A stretch of 64,000 bases of DNA from contig CAVUWV010000024.1 in the NCBI GenBank assembly GCA_963745075.1, forward strand, positions 96,001 through 160,000, in the 5' to 3' direction. Position numbers and translations under genes: made by a program. Origin of the DNA: Candidatus Hydrogenedentota bacterium (GTDB lineage: Bacteria; Hydrogenedentota; Hydrogenedentia; Hydrogenedentales; SLHB01). The notes beneath the pieces were generated by a model, which worked only from the letters and a program-made list of their open reading frames with translations, did not search any database and was not told the DNA's origin. Positions 20,400 to 31,171 of the stretch are shown here, piece by piece. The first letter of the stretch is position 1; every line of letters starts with the position of its first letter.

Positions 20400-20624
20400 G
20401 TGACCGAATATCAGCCCATTCCGCAATGTTTGGCGTGCGAACGCGATTCCGACGCAACGCCCCTGATCCCGTTGGAGTACCAGGGTGCGAAGACGTGGAT
20501 TTGCCCGCAGCACCTGCCAATTCTCATTCATCACCCCAGCCAGCTCATTGGCAAACTCGCGGGCGCCGAGAATCTCCGGCCTGCGGATCACGACGATCGA
20601 CCGATCCGCGACCGGAAATTCTGA
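20400..20624 (+). CDS. Small putative Zn-binding protein (CxxC...CxxH)
   Basis: RBS aaggagg before GTG; CLAC and ICPQH motifs. Confidence 0.7.
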   Translation: MTEYQPIPQCLACERDSDATPLIPLEYQGAKTWICPQHLPILIHHPSQLIGKLAGAENLRPADHDDRPIRDRKF

Positions 20625-21055
20625 TCGATGCGGACGGCTGCCCCGTCAAAGACGAAGTCTACCGCGTTGCCAAATGCTACGGACTCGCGGTCAAACTCGT
20701 CGCGAATTCCTGGATGCGCATTCCCGAACAGGATTGGATAGAACTGGTCGTTGTGGACGACGGTTTTGACGCCGCCGACGATTGGATCGCCGAACACGTG
20801 GGGGAGAGCGACATCGTCGTTACCGCTGACATCCCCTTGGCGGCGCGATGTCTGAAGAAGGGCGCCGCGGTCGTGGGTCCCAAGGGCCGGGTATACACGG
20901 AAGCCTCCATTGGTGACGCCCTCGCTACCCGCGAGATCCTGTCCCACATGCGCGAACACGGAACCATGACCGGCGGCCCCGCCCCCTTCACCAAAGCCGA
21001 CCGCTCCCGCTTTCTCCAACGCCTCGACGAACTCGTCCACGCAAAACGCCGCTAA
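20612..21055 (+). CDS. YaiI/YqxD (DUF188) PIN-like protein; start codon unclear
   Basis: IDADGCPVK, DAADDWI, VVTADIPLA, GGPAPF..DR.RF. Confidence 0.88.
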   Translation, partial: PEILIDADGCPVKDEVYRVAKCYGLAVKLVANSWMRIPEQDWIELVVVDDGFDAADDWIAEHVGESDIVVTADIPLAARCLKKGAAVVGPKGRVYTEASIGDALATREILSHMREHGTMTGGPAPFTKADRSRFLQRLDELVHAKRR

Positions 21056-21068
21056 GACCGCGGGCCTT

Positions 21069-21098
21069 CCACTGGGAGCGCCGGGCTCCAGCCCGGCG
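21069..21098. repeat. Single REP-like copy of the 20144 family
   Basis: ccactgggagcgccgggctccagcccggcg just downstream of a stop codon. Confidence 0.7.
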
Positions 21099-21225
21099 AA
21101 AAGTCGGTCTTCAGGGCAATTGCTAGCCCTTTTTTTCCGATTCAGGTAATAGAACGTGGTGAACCACCCGCATCACCCCGCACCTTTTGACATAAGATCG
21201 GCTTCCTTGCGGATTCAACCTTGCT

Positions 21226-22002
21226 ATGTCAATCACCATGAAACACTGGCGTAAACAACTCGGAGTACTGACCGCAGTAGTCCTGGTTTCCGTCTGTGTC
21301 TACGCCGGTTACCAGGCAACACATTTCATCGCCCGCCAACGTCTCTTGCATGCCTCCTACGCCCCCGCGCCCGAAGGGATGGTCTTCGTCCCACCCGGTT
21401 ACTTCACTCAGGGCACCAACGACCCCTCCGCCGAACCCGATGAACGGCCCGCGCGCCAAGTCTTTCTCCCCGGTTTCTATATCGACAAGCACGAAGTCAC
21501 CAATCGGGAGTACAAAGCCTTCAAGCCGGGCCACACCTACCCCGAAGGCGCAGACGACTTACCGGTAACCAAAGTCCTCAAGTCCGATGCGGAAGCCTTC
21601 GCCCGATCCGTGGGCAAGCGCCTCCCTACGGACGCGGAGTGGGAGAAAGCCGCTCGTGGTACCGATGGCCGTACTTATCCGTGGGGCGACGATTTCGATT
21701 CGACGCGCTGCAATGCGGGACTGAGGAAACCTAAACAACCCGTTGGATCCTATCCCCAAGGCGCGAGCCCCTACGGTTGTCTCGACATGAGCGGCAACGT
21801 TTGGGAATGGGTCGCGGACACCTACCAGGATCCCGGCTGGTTTGCCGCAGATCGAGGGACCGAACGCGGGATTCTCCGCGGGGGCGCGTCGGGCTATGGC
21901 CCAATGCAAGCCCGCACCACCTATCACGGATTCGAGGCGCTCGAAACCACCTGTAACGACGTGGGTTTCCGTTGCGCGAAGGATGCGGAACCCCTGCCGT
22001 AA
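21226..22002 (+). CDS. Membrane-anchored FGE-sulfatase (SUMF1/EgtB/PvdO) domain protein
   Basis: HEVTN, KRLPTDAEWEKAARG, DMSGNVWEW, RGG, GFRCA; lacks the catalytic Cys pair of true FGE. Confidence 0.88.
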   Translation: MSITMKHWRKQLGVLTAVVLVSVCVYAGYQATHFIARQRLLHASYAPAPEGMVFVPPGYFTQGTNDPSAEPDERPARQVFLPGFYIDKHEVTNREYKAFKPGHTYPEGADDLPVTKVLKSDAEAFARSVGKRLPTDAEWEKAARGTDGRTYPWGDDFDSTRCNAGLRKPKQPVGSYPQGASPYGCLDMSGNVWEWVADTYQDPGWFAADRGTERGILRGGASGYGPMQARTTYHGFEALETTCNDVGFRCAKDAEPLP

Positions 22003-22113
22003 CGCGCGCTTTGGATTTGCCCGCCTCCAAATGCAATACTACGTCCCCGTGTTCGATTGAACACCTGACACACAATTCGCCACGGCTGCGCGCGATTCAT
22101 CACAGGGAGCCCG

Positions 22114-23634
22114 ATGAAAACACACACGGTCAAGGTCTACCGGTCCAAGGACACGTTGGCCAAAACCGATCAACTCGCCTGGAAGCTCGCCGCACTCGCG
22201 ACCGACCACGCTCCCCTCGACCCCGCTGCGTCGGGAATGGTGGTCAACCGGATCATCGACAACGCCGCCGTCGCCCTCGCCGCCATCAACCGCCAACCGG
22301 TGGCGAATGCCCGAAGCCAGGCGCTGGCCCATCCGTGCGAAGATGGCGCCCAAGTCTTCGGCATCTCAAATGACCAGAAGTTCGACGCGGAATGGGCGGC
22401 CTGGGCCAACGGCACCGCCGTCCGCGAACTGGACATGCACGATACCTTTCTCGCGGCCGACTACTCCCATCCCGGCGACAATATCCCGCCCATCCTCGCG
22501 GTCGCCCAGCAGTGCGGCGCGCGCCGTCGACTTACCGGTGAAGATCTCGTCCGCGGCATTCTGGTCGGTTACGAAATTCAAATCGATCTCGTGAGGGGAA
22601 TCTGTCTTCATGAGCATAAAAAGGACCACATCGCCCACCTGTGCCCGGCGCAGGCCGCGGGAATCGGGGCCTTGCTTGGTCTCGATGCCGACACGATCTA
22701 CCAGGCCATTCAGCAGGCCGTCCACGTTTCGTTTACTACGCGGCAGTCCCGCAAAGGCGAAATTTCCAGTTGGAAAGCTTACGCACCGTCCCACGCCGGC
22801 AAACTCGCCATCGAGGCCGTAGACCGCGCCATGCGGGGCGAGAAAAGTCCGTCGCCGATTTACGAAGGCGAAGACAGCGTGCTGGCCTACATGCTGGATG
22901 GTCCGAACAGCCGGTACGATGTCCCCCTGCCCGAGCCCGGCGAGCCCTTGCGCGCAATTCTCGAGTCCTACACCAAGGAACATTCCGCCGAATATCAGTC
23001 GCAGGCCCTGATTGATTTGGCCTTCCGCATGCACGAACGCATTCGTAATCTTGACGACATCGAGTTTATCGTCATCCACACCAGCCACCATACCCACTAC
23101 GTGATCGGTACCGGCGCCAACGATCCCCAGAAGATGGATCCCAACGCCAGCCGCGAGACCCTCGACCACAGCATCATGTACATCTTCGCCGTGGCGTTGC
23201 AGGACGGCACATGGCACCACGTGGACAGTTACGCGCCCGAGCGTGCGTCGCGCCCGGACACCGTAACCCTCTGGCACAAGATCAGTACCTGTGAAGACCC
23301 GGAATGGACCCGCCGTTACCACACCGCCGATCCCAAAGAGAAAGCCTTCGGTGGCCGGGTCGAAGTCCAATTCAAGAACGGGGACACACTCGTCGACGAA
23401 CTCGCCGTGGCCAACGCCCACTCCCTGGGGGCCCGGCCCTTCGAACGCAAGGACTACATCCACAAGTTCGCGACGTTGACCGAAGGCATCGCGTCCGAAT
23501 CCGAGCGGAATCGCTTCCTCGATCGGGTGCAATCACTGCCCGGACTTGATGTAGACGCCTTCCACGAGTTAAACGTACAGGCTGACGCCGTTGACCTGAA
23601 GCATGCCGAGCGCGACTCACGAGGGGTGTTCTAA
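22114..23634 (+). CDS. prpD: MmgE/PrpD family 2-methylcitrate dehydratase
   Basis: [49 protein letters not shown]. Confidence 0.9.
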   Translation: MKTHTVKVYRSKDTLAKTDQLAWKLAALATDHAPLDPAASGMVVNRIIDNAAVALAAINRQPVANARSQALAHPCEDGAQVFGISNDQKFDAEWAAWANGTAVRELDMHDTFLAADYSHPGDNIPPILAVAQQCGARRRLTGEDLVRGILVGYEIQIDLVRGICLHEHKKDHIAHLCPAQAAGIGALLGLDADTIYQAIQQAVHVSFTTRQSRKGEISSWKAYAPSHAGKLAIEAVDRAMRGEKSPSPIYEGEDSVLAYMLDGPNSRYDVPLPEPGEPLRAILESYTKEHSAEYQSQALIDLAFRMHERIRNLDDIEFIVIHTSHHTHYVIGTGANDPQKMDPNASRETLDHSIMYIFAVALQDGTWHHVDSYAPERASRPDTVTLWHKISTCEDPEWTRRYHTADPKEKAFGGRVEVQFKNGDTLVDELAVANAHSLGARPFERKDYIHKFATLTEGIASESERNRFLDRVQSLPGLDVDAFHELNVQADAVDLKHAERDSRGVF

Positions 23635-23635
23635 T

Positions 23636-24040
23636 ATGCGGACGCGAATGCGGAGAAGAGGGCGATACCGGAGAAACATTCCCGTTGGTCCCATCGCCGC
23701 GATTCCGGGCGTCGTGATGGCGGTGTTTGTCATTATTTTCGGTGTCTTCTGGACCATGTCGGCTCGTTCGGCGGGCGCTCCGGGCATCTTCACGTTGTTC
23801 GGGATTGGATTCGTGGTTGTCGCAATCACCGGCCTTGCCTCCGTGGTGGCGGCAGCGTTGAAAGTTGGTTCGCGGGTCACCTCGTCGTACGAAGAAGAAG
23901 ACCCCGTGGTTCTCTATCGACCTGAGCCAGAAAAGCACAAGACTGAACACGCACCGCAAGTTTACCGCGAATGTTCCTATTGCGGTACGCGCGTTGACGC
24001 AGATGAAAACCGCTGTCCAAACTGCGGAGCAGGAATCTAA
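23636..24040 (+). CDS. Two-TM membrane protein with C-terminal zinc ribbon
   Basis: Hydrophobic segments; CSYCG...CPNCGA. Confidence 0.72.
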   Translation: MRTRMRRRGRYRRNIPVGPIAAIPGVVMAVFVIIFGVFWTMSARSAGAPGIFTLFGIGFVVVAITGLASVVAAALKVGSRVTSSYEEEDPVVLYRPEPEKHKTEHAPQVYRECSYCGTRVDADENRCPNCGAGI

Positions 24041-24044
24041 TCGA

Positions 24045-25382
24045 ATGAAGAAAGACACAGAATCGTCGCCTCGCAAACGAAACCTCACACGTCGTGGATT
24101 TCTCAAGACCACGACGGCCGCGGCGACCGCCCTCGGTTTTCCCACCATCATCCCGGCCTCCGCCCTGGGTGCGGACGGATATACGGCCCCCAGCAATCGC
24201 ATCACCATCGGTTGCGTCGGCGTCGGGGGCCAGGGTTCCAGCAACATGCGCGCGTTTATCGCGCAGCCCGACGCGCAGGTCGTTGCGGTATGCGACGTCG
24301 ATGCAAACCATCGGGCCGGGGCCAAGAAACAGGTCGAAGACAATCAGGGGGGTGTCGGCTGCGCGGAGTACCCCGATTTTCGGGAAGTCCTCGCGCGCGA
24401 CGATATCGACGCCATTTCCATCGGCACGCCCGACCACTGGCACTCCGTGATCACTGTCGCTGCGGCTCGCGCGGGCAAAGACATCTACTGCGAGAAACCC
24501 GTATCGTTGACCGTCGCGGATGGTCGCGCGATGTGCGACGTCGTCAAGCAGTACGGCCGGGTGCTCCAGACTGGAACCTGGCGTCGCTCGCGGGAAGGAT
24601 GCCGCCGCGCGTGCGAATTGGTTCGAAGCGGCTATATCGGCGATCTGCAAACCATTCACATCGGCGTGCCCAAGGGCTACGCCATTCGTGGCGGTGACTA
24701 TGGCGCCAACACCCCGCCGCAACCGGTCCCCGATGGGTTCGACTACGACATGTGGCTGGGCCCCGCTCCCTGGGCGCCGTACGTGCCGGGGCGCTGCCAT
24801 TTCAACTTCCGCTGGATCATGGATTACTCGGAGGGCTATATCTCGGACTGGGGCGCCCACTACTACGACATCGGACAGTGGGGCAACGGCACCGACCGCA
24901 CGGGTCCGGTCGAAATCGAGGCCACGGGCAAGTTTCCCGAGGACGGCCTCTACGACGCCCCCATCGAACACCGTATTGTGTTTACTTACGCCAACGGCGT
25001 CAAGATGATTTCCACCGCCACCGAAGACACTTCGCAATGGGGCATGCGTTTCGAGGGGAGTGACGGTTGGTTGTATGTGGAAAGCGACACCATCAAAGCG
25101 TATCCTGAGAAGATTGCCGAGGCGACTGTGGGGCCCAACGAGGTCCGGTTGTACGCGAGCGACAATCATCACGGGAACTTTCTGCACTGCGTGAAAACGC
25201 GGGAAGAAACGGCTGCCCCCATCGAAATCGGGCACCGTTCCGCATCCGTCTGTCACGTCGGCACCATCGCATTGCTGCTCGGGCGCGGGCTGCGCTGGAA
25301 CCCCGACGTCGAGCGGTTCGTAGACGACGAAGAGGCCAACCGGTTCTTGTCGCGCTCCATGCGGGCGCCCTGGAACCTGTAG
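24045..25382 (+). CDS. Tat-exported Gfo/Idh/MocA oxidoreductase
   Basis: TRRGFLK signal; GVGGQG, TPDHWH, YCEKP, WLGPAP. Confidence 0.92.
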   Translation: MKKDTESSPRKRNLTRRGFLKTTTAAATALGFPTIIPASALGADGYTAPSNRITIGCVGVGGQGSSNMRAFIAQPDAQVVAVCDVDANHRAGAKKQVEDNQGGVGCAEYPDFREVLARDDIDAISIGTPDHWHSVITVAAARAGKDIYCEKPVSLTVADGRAMCDVVKQYGRVLQTGTWRRSREGCRRACELVRSGYIGDLQTIHIGVPKGYAIRGGDYGANTPPQPVPDGFDYDMWLGPAPWAPYVPGRCHFNFRWIMDYSEGYISDWGAHYYDIGQWGNGTDRTGPVEIEATGKFPEDGLYDAPIEHRIVFTYANGVKMISTATEDTSQWGMRFEGSDGWLYVESDTIKAYPEKIAEATVGPNEVRLYASDNHHGNFLHCVKTREETAAPIEIGHRSASVCHVGTIALLLGRGLRWNPDVERFVDDEEANRFLSRSMRAPWNL

Positions 25383-25438
25383 AAGACAAGAGAAGGGAGC
25401 GCGCCGGGTGTCGGATACCCGGCGTCGAGGAGATCACC

Positions 25439-26791
25439 ATGACGACGAAAAGGAAGAAGCGAACCGGCGAATTGGGTTCCGGACTGAACCGGCGCCAGTT
25501 CATGAAACGGAGCGCGCTGGCCGCGGCCGGCGCCGTCGGGTTTCCGTACATCGTACCGGCATCCGCGCTTGGGCTGGACGGAACCGTGGCGCCGAGCAAC
25601 CGGATTACCATGGCGTCCATCGGCGTCGGTGGACAAGGCACGGCAAACTTGCGCGCCTTTCTCGGACAGGCCGATGCCCAGGTGTTGGCCGTTTGCGACG
25701 TGGATTGCAGCCACCGCGACAACGCGCAAAAACTGGTCGAGGAAACCTATTCCGCGCAGATGCAGAGCGGCCAGTACAAGGGCTGCGATTCCTACAATGA
25801 CTTTCACGAGGTTCTGGCCCGCGACGACGTGGACGGCGTCTGCATTTGTACCCCCGACTTCTGGCACGCCGCCATATCCGTCGCTGCCGCCGAAGCGGGC
25901 AAAGACATGTATTGCGAGAAGCCCTTGTCCTACTCCGTCGGAGAAGGCCGCGCCGTCGTCAACGCGATGAAACGGTATGGCCGCGTGTTTCAGACGGGTA
26001 GTCACGAGCGCAGTCGCAGCAATGCCCGGTACGCATGCGAACTCGTGCGTAATGGAAGAATCGGCAAACTGCACACCATTCATATCAATATGCCGATTGA
26101 TAACCACGGACCTATTCCTAATCAACCACCCATGCCCGTTCCGGACGGTTTTGACTACAACTTCTGGCTTGGTCCCCGGCCCTGGGCCACGTATACCGAA
26201 AAGCGCTGCCACTTCTTCTTCCGCTACATTCTCGATTACTCCGGCGGGGAAGTGACCGACCGCGGCGCCCACATCATGGATATCGGACAATTGGGTAATG
26301 CCACGGATCATACGGGCCCCACGTCCATCGGTGGTTGGGGTAAATTCCCGCGGGACGGTCTGTTCAACACCGCGATGGACTACGAATTCACCTTCGAATA
26401 CGCAAACGGCGTGAACATGAACGTCAAATGCATCGGCCCGCGCGGCGTGAAGTTCGAAGGTACCGATGGCTGGGTATTCGTTCACATTCACGGAGGCAAC
26501 TTGGAAGCCGAGCCGGCGTCCCTGCTGAAAGAAATCATCGGACCCAACGAGGAACACCTCGGCCGCAGTCCCGGACACCATCGGGATTTCCTGAACAACG
26601 TAAAGGTGCGCGGCGAATGCATGGCCCCGCCGGAAGTCGGCCACCGCACCGCCACTATGTGCAACATCGCGAACATCGCCATGCGATTGCGGCGAAAGCT
26701 ACAGTGGGATCCCGACAAAGAACAGTTCATCAATGATGCCGAAGCCAACAACATGTTGATGCCCTCCATGCGGGGGCCGTGGCACGTTTGA
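25439..26791 (+). CDS. Tat-exported Gfo/Idh/MocA oxidoreductase (paralog of the upstream gene)
   Basis: NRRQFMK signal; GVGGQG, TPDFWH, YCEKP; RBS gaggag. Confidence 0.92.
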   Translation: MTTKRKKRTGELGSGLNRRQFMKRSALAAAGAVGFPYIVPASALGLDGTVAPSNRITMASIGVGGQGTANLRAFLGQADAQVLAVCDVDCSHRDNAQKLVEETYSAQMQSGQYKGCDSYNDFHEVLARDDVDGVCICTPDFWHAAISVAAAEAGKDMYCEKPLSYSVGEGRAVVNAMKRYGRVFQTGSHERSRSNARYACELVRNGRIGKLHTIHINMPIDNHGPIPNQPPMPVPDGFDYNFWLGPRPWATYTEKRCHFFFRYILDYSGGEVTDRGAHIMDIGQLGNATDHTGPTSIGGWGKFPRDGLFNTAMDYEFTFEYANGVNMNVKCIGPRGVKFEGTDGWVFVHIHGGNLEAEPASLLKEIIGPNEEHLGRSPGHHRDFLNNVKVRGECMAPPEVGHRTATMCNIANIAMRLRRKLQWDPDKEQFINDAEANNMLMPSMRGPWHV

Positions 26792-26823
26792 GTAAACGGC
26801 CAGTGAGGGAAGGAATGATAACC

Positions 26824-28815
26824 ATGATTCAATCGGAAACAAAAAACGGGCGAATGCGATCCGTCGTGCTTCGGGGGATTCTTGTCGTGACACTCGCGTT
26901 TGCGATGACCGGCGTGAAGGCCCTTGCCGACGATTCGCCCACGCTCGAGGAAGCCCTGAAACAAATTCGCACCTATGAGTTTGGGCAAAGCCGTGAAATG
27001 CTCAGTGTCGTCAACGACCTGTGCAAGTCTTCCTACGGCTCCCCACAGACCCGTAAGGTCATCGAGCAGAGTCTCCTAGATGTGCTCGGGTCGGACGCGA
27101 CGTACGACTGCAAGGATTTCGTTTGTCGCGAGCTATACATCATCGGGACCGACGCCTCGGTGCCGACACTCTCGAAGATGCTTACCGACGAGAAATACTC
27201 GGACATGGCACGCTACGCCCTCGAGGGTATCGAAGGCGACGCCGCTGACGGCGCCCTCCTTAAAGCGCTCGGTACCACCAAAGACCGCATCCAGATAGGC
27301 ATCATTAATTCCATTGGCGTGCGCGGCCAAGCGGGTGCGGTCCCCGACCTCGCCGCGCTGCTTGACAACAGCGACGCGGAAGTCGCCAAGGCAGCCGCCA
27401 ATTCGCTCGGAAAGATTGGCGGAAAGGAAGCCGCAGACGCGCTTGCGAAAGCCCGTCCAAACGCTTCGGACCAGGTGAAGCCTATGGTAACCGTCGCCTA
27501 TCTCCTGTGCGCGCAGAAATATCTCAAAAACGGCGACCGTGACGCCGCGAAGGCAATCTTCACGGAACTCAACAACGACACCGAATCCCGGCAGACGCAT
27601 ATCGCGGCCGTGGAAGGTTTGGTGGCTGTCGACGGTGCGGAGTCCTTGCCGATGTTGCTTGGATCGCTGAAAGGGACGGACCCCGGGATGCAAGCTATCG
27701 CCGCAGGCGCCCTGCGGACGCTGGAAGGGCCCAGCGTGACGACGGCCTTGGCCGACGCGCTTCCGAGTCTTGATGCCCACGGCCAGATGGTCGCCCTGTA
27801 CGCTTTGCGTCAACGTGCGGACCGGGCCGCCTTACCGGCCGTCACCGCGGCTGTGAACAGCGCGGATCCCGACGTTAAGATTGCCGCCCTCGAGTCCCTC
27901 GCCACCGTCGGCGGTGCATCGTCCGTCCCCTTGCTGGCCGGGCTCATCGTGTCGGACGATGCCGAAGTTGCACGTGTTGCCCAGGCAACCCTCGCAGCGT
28001 TGCGTGGCCTGGATGTGGACGGCGTTATTGTTGACTCCATGGGATCCGCTGCGAGCCCGGCCAAAGTTAACTTGATCCATGCGTTGGCCACGCGGGGCGC
28101 CGTAACGGCGGTTCCGAATCTGCTGCAAACCGCGGCGGACGCGGATGAAGCGGTACGCCAGGCTTCGTTTGAGGCGTTGGGAGACTTGGCGAGCGATCAG
28201 GAATTGACGAGCCTCCTGAGCCTGCTGGTCCAGATGAACGGCAATCCCACGCAGACCCCTGCCGAAAACGCGGTTGTCGCCGTAGTTCAGCGGAGCGATT
28301 CCACTTCGCACGGCACGCAGGTTATCTCACGCGCCATTACCGGTCTGAAAGGCAAACCCCAGGTTCGCGCGTCCCTTGTCCGTGTTCTCGGTCGTATCGG
28401 CGATCCGGCCGCGTTGGCACAGTTGCGGGAACTCGCTGCTAACGCGAAGGACGAACCGGTTCAGGACGCTGCGGTGCACGCGCTTGCGGACTGGCCAACG
28501 GCGGAAGCGATCGACGATCTCCGCAAGATGGCCGCCGATTCTCCGAATGAGACTTACAAATCCCTCGCCTTCCAAGGTTTCTTGCGATTGCTACGGCAGG
28601 GCGGAGACCGGCCGATTGACGATACGCTGAAACTGTACGAGGAAGCCTCCAAACTCGCCTCGAATGCCGACCAGAAACGGTTGGTCCTCGCGGGGCTCGC
28701 GGAAGTCCACGATGCCCGCGTGCTCGCATTGGTTGAACCCTATCTCAACGACGACGAGGTGAAGGCAGAAGCCGCGCAAGCTGCCGAGCAGATCAAGAAG
28801 AATACCCAAGGTTAA
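26824..28815 (+). CDS. Secreted HEAT/PBS-lyase repeat protein (alternative start 26815)
   Basis: Signal peptide ending ALA-D; repeated helical units (ARYALE.I, AA.SLGKIG, A.EALG). Confidence 0.85.
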   Translation: MIQSETKNGRMRSVVLRGILVVTLAFAMTGVKALADDSPTLEEALKQIRTYEFGQSREMLSVVNDLCKSSYGSPQTRKVIEQSLLDVLGSDATYDCKDFVCRELYIIGTDASVPTLSKMLTDEKYSDMARYALEGIEGDAADGALLKALGTTKDRIQIGIINSIGVRGQAGAVPDLAALLDNSDAEVAKAAANSLGKIGGKEAADALAKARPNASDQVKPMVTVAYLLCAQKYLKNGDRDAAKAIFTELNNDTESRQTHIAAVEGLVAVDGAESLPMLLGSLKGTDPGMQAIAAGALRTLEGPSVTTALADALPSLDAHGQMVALYALRQRADRAALPAVTAAVNSADPDVKIAALESLATVGGASSVPLLAGLIVSDDAEVARVAQATLAALRGLDVDGVIVDSMGSAASPAKVNLIHALATRGAVTAVPNLLQTAADADEAVRQASFEALGDLASDQELTSLLSLLVQMNGNPTQTPAENAVVAVVQRSDSTSHGTQVISRAITGLKGKPQVRASLVRVLGRIGDPAALAQLRELAANAKDEPVQDAAVHALADWPTAEAIDDLRKMAADSPNETYKSLAFQGFLRLLRQGGDRPIDDTLKLYEEASKLASNADQKRLVLAGLAEVHDARVLALVEPYLNDDEVKAEAAQAAEQIKKNTQG

Positions 28816-28820
28816 GACAA

Positions 28821-28852
28821 TTCGGCGGGGCGTGCCCGGCGCGCCCCGCCGA
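28821..28852 (+). terminator. GC-rich hairpin after the HEAT gene
   Basis: tcggcggggcg...cgccccgccga stem; weak U-tract. Confidence 0.5.
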
Positions 28853-29017
28853 GCCTTCCCTCTTCGGAAGATTGGACGCTACCCTGTAAATTCCTCCTTC
28901 CGTTTCGGTACTATACCCCCGTCCGACCTCGCGTCCTCCGCCGGGGATCTCTTCAATCTTCGTCTTTCACGCGGTCGGTGACTACTGTGCCGCCTCGTTC
29001 AGCAGCGATGGGAATCG

Positions 29018-30872
29018 ATGATAGGTCTGTCCTTTCTTAAGAAGCGTCTCACGCGATTTCAGGGAATCCGAAGCGCCATCGCAATCGCCGTCATTGCGTT
29101 CCTACTCACCGCCACCTCCTTGCTCGTCGGGCGCGTTACGGACGACTACTACTGGGGGGCCGTGTTCGTCGGTTCGCCAGGACTGCCAGAAATCGACAAT
29201 GCGACCTTTGACACCTTCTCCTTCGGCAAGGGGACGCCCGAAGAGCACGAAGCCTATCTCGCCCGGGGGCTTGTCCCCTGGTGGTCCGACCCCGCATGGA
29301 AGATTTCCTTTTGGCGTCCCGTCGCCTCGTTGAGTCACTACGTCGATTTCACCCTCTGGCCAAACCAGACATGGTTGATGCATCTCCACAGCATGCTGCT
29401 TTACGGAATTCTGGCCTTCGCCGTGACCCGGCTCTACCAACGGCACCTGTCTCCGCCATGGGTGGCCGGTCTCGCCGGCCTCCTGTTCGCGGTCGATTCC
29501 GCGCACGGCCTTTCCGTGAGTTGGCTGTCCAACCGCAATGCCATACTCTCCGCCATGTTCGCCGTGTTCGTTCTTCTCGCCCACGACAGTTGGCGCCGGA
29601 GGATGAAGCGTTCCCGCGCGGTTCTGGCCGGCCTGATGCTCATCCTTGGTTTGTGGTCCGGCGAAGGCGCCGTTGCGGTCGCTGGCTACCTTTTCGCCTA
29701 CGCCTGCTTCATCGAAAAGGGCTCGTGGAAGGCCCGGCTGGCGTCATTGGCGCCGTATGCGATCATCATCCTGATTTGGCGCGGCCTCTATTCCGCCCGC
29801 GGCTACGGCGTCACCGCCTCCAGTTTCTACACCGATCCCGTCTCCGATCCGGCGGGTTTCGTCATTGCTCTCATCAAGTTCTTTCCAGTATTGCTCTATT
29901 CCCAGTTCGCCTTCCCGGACCCCATCTACCATACGCTTCTCCCGCCCCTTTGGACGGGGATGTATATCACCTTTTGCGCCGGCGTCGCCGCCCTTCTCAC
30001 GTGGTTGTTCTGGCCGCTCCTTCGCCAAAGCGACGCCGCGCGGTTCTACGCGGGAGGCATGGCCATGTGCGCCATCCCATACTGCTCGTCCGTTCCCCAG
30101 TACCGCCTGCTTATGCTCGTGGGCATCGGCGGAATGGGGTTGCTCGGCGCGTTTCTGGGTGGCGTTGCCGACCGGGAATCGTGGTTCATTGCCGGATCGC
30201 GTTCGCGTTTGTCTCTACGCCTAACGGCGGGGTTCCTCGTCGTACTCCACCTGATTGTTTCTCCGATCATGCTGCCGGCCAACGCCTACTCCATGCACTA
30301 CGTCGGCGAAATTGTCGATGTCAACAACAATACGCTTCCCAAGGACAAGGATCTTTCCGACGACCGGCTCATCATTCTTAACGCCACCGGGGACATCATG
30401 TACGCGATGCTGCCCCTGATGCGCTCGGCACTCGGCCAGCCCATCCCGCGGTCCATGTGGGTTCTGTACAGTGGCAACCGCAAAATCATCGTACACCGGC
30501 CTTCGATTGATACGCTCGAACTCTCCATTCCAGACGGCTGGATGGAATACCCCTGGTCGTTTTTCTTCTGCCGATTGCCCGAATCGGCGATGAGCGCAGG
30601 GCAGATCATCGATACCGATGGACTCCGCGTCACCGTTCTCGGTGTGAACAAAGACGGAACGTCCCATCCATGTCCGATTCCAATTCGATCGCCCCCTCGA
30701 GGACCCGTCCATGCGTTGGTATACGTGGAGAGACGGCGGCTATCGCCCCTTCGAATTGCCGCCAGTAGGTAAGACCACCATTATTCCCGAACTCCCACTC
30801 TCAACTGCCATTCAGCAGATTGTCTCATCGCAGCTCAAACTGTGGCTTTCTTTCCTTCAAACCTCTTCGTAA
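29018..30872 (+). CDS. Multi-pass membrane protein with GT-C (PMT/TMTC-like) features; frameshift near 30659
   Basis: TDDY after TM1, FWRPV, H..SMLL, LLFAVD..H...VSWLSNRN; removing one A gives DGRPIHVRFQFDRPLEDP...stop at 30872. Confidence 0.65.
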
Positions 30873-31140
30873 AGATCCCCCAAGTTCACTGTTGTGACTT
30901 CGACCGGGATTCTGGGCCATTCTACAGCCACTTCCAGTCCGTACTTTTCGGCCATGGATTTGATTCAAGCGCCTCTGCCGTGTTACCATCTTTCGAGTTT
31001 TGAGGGAAATTATTGACGAGAATTCGGAATAAGATGCAGCCATTTCGTCCCTCATTAAACCGATTCTACCTCGTTCGCCATGGCTTTACTCCACAAGATA
31101 TTGTATACTGTCCGACGTAGAGCCCCCTCATAACGTAGAA

Positions 31141-31171
31141 TTGTAACGGCGGGCATCCAATAAAGTATAAT
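31141..31171 (+). promoter_or_regulatory. Putative promoter of the PKS-NRPS operon (TTGTAA-N19-TATAAT)
   Basis: Perfect TATAAT in an AT-rich intergenic region; the -35 spacing is suboptimal. Confidence 0.45.

Noticed and set aside
21226..22002. FGE protein as a sulfatase activator linked to the sulfated product
   Set aside because: Lacks the catalytic cysteines, is ~10 kb from the cluster, and no arylsulfatase is adjacent
31090..31106. NrdR-box-like CACAAGATATTGTA upstream of the PKS
   Set aside because: Single copy (boxes are normally tandem) and no nrd genes nearby; likely chance in AT-rich DNA
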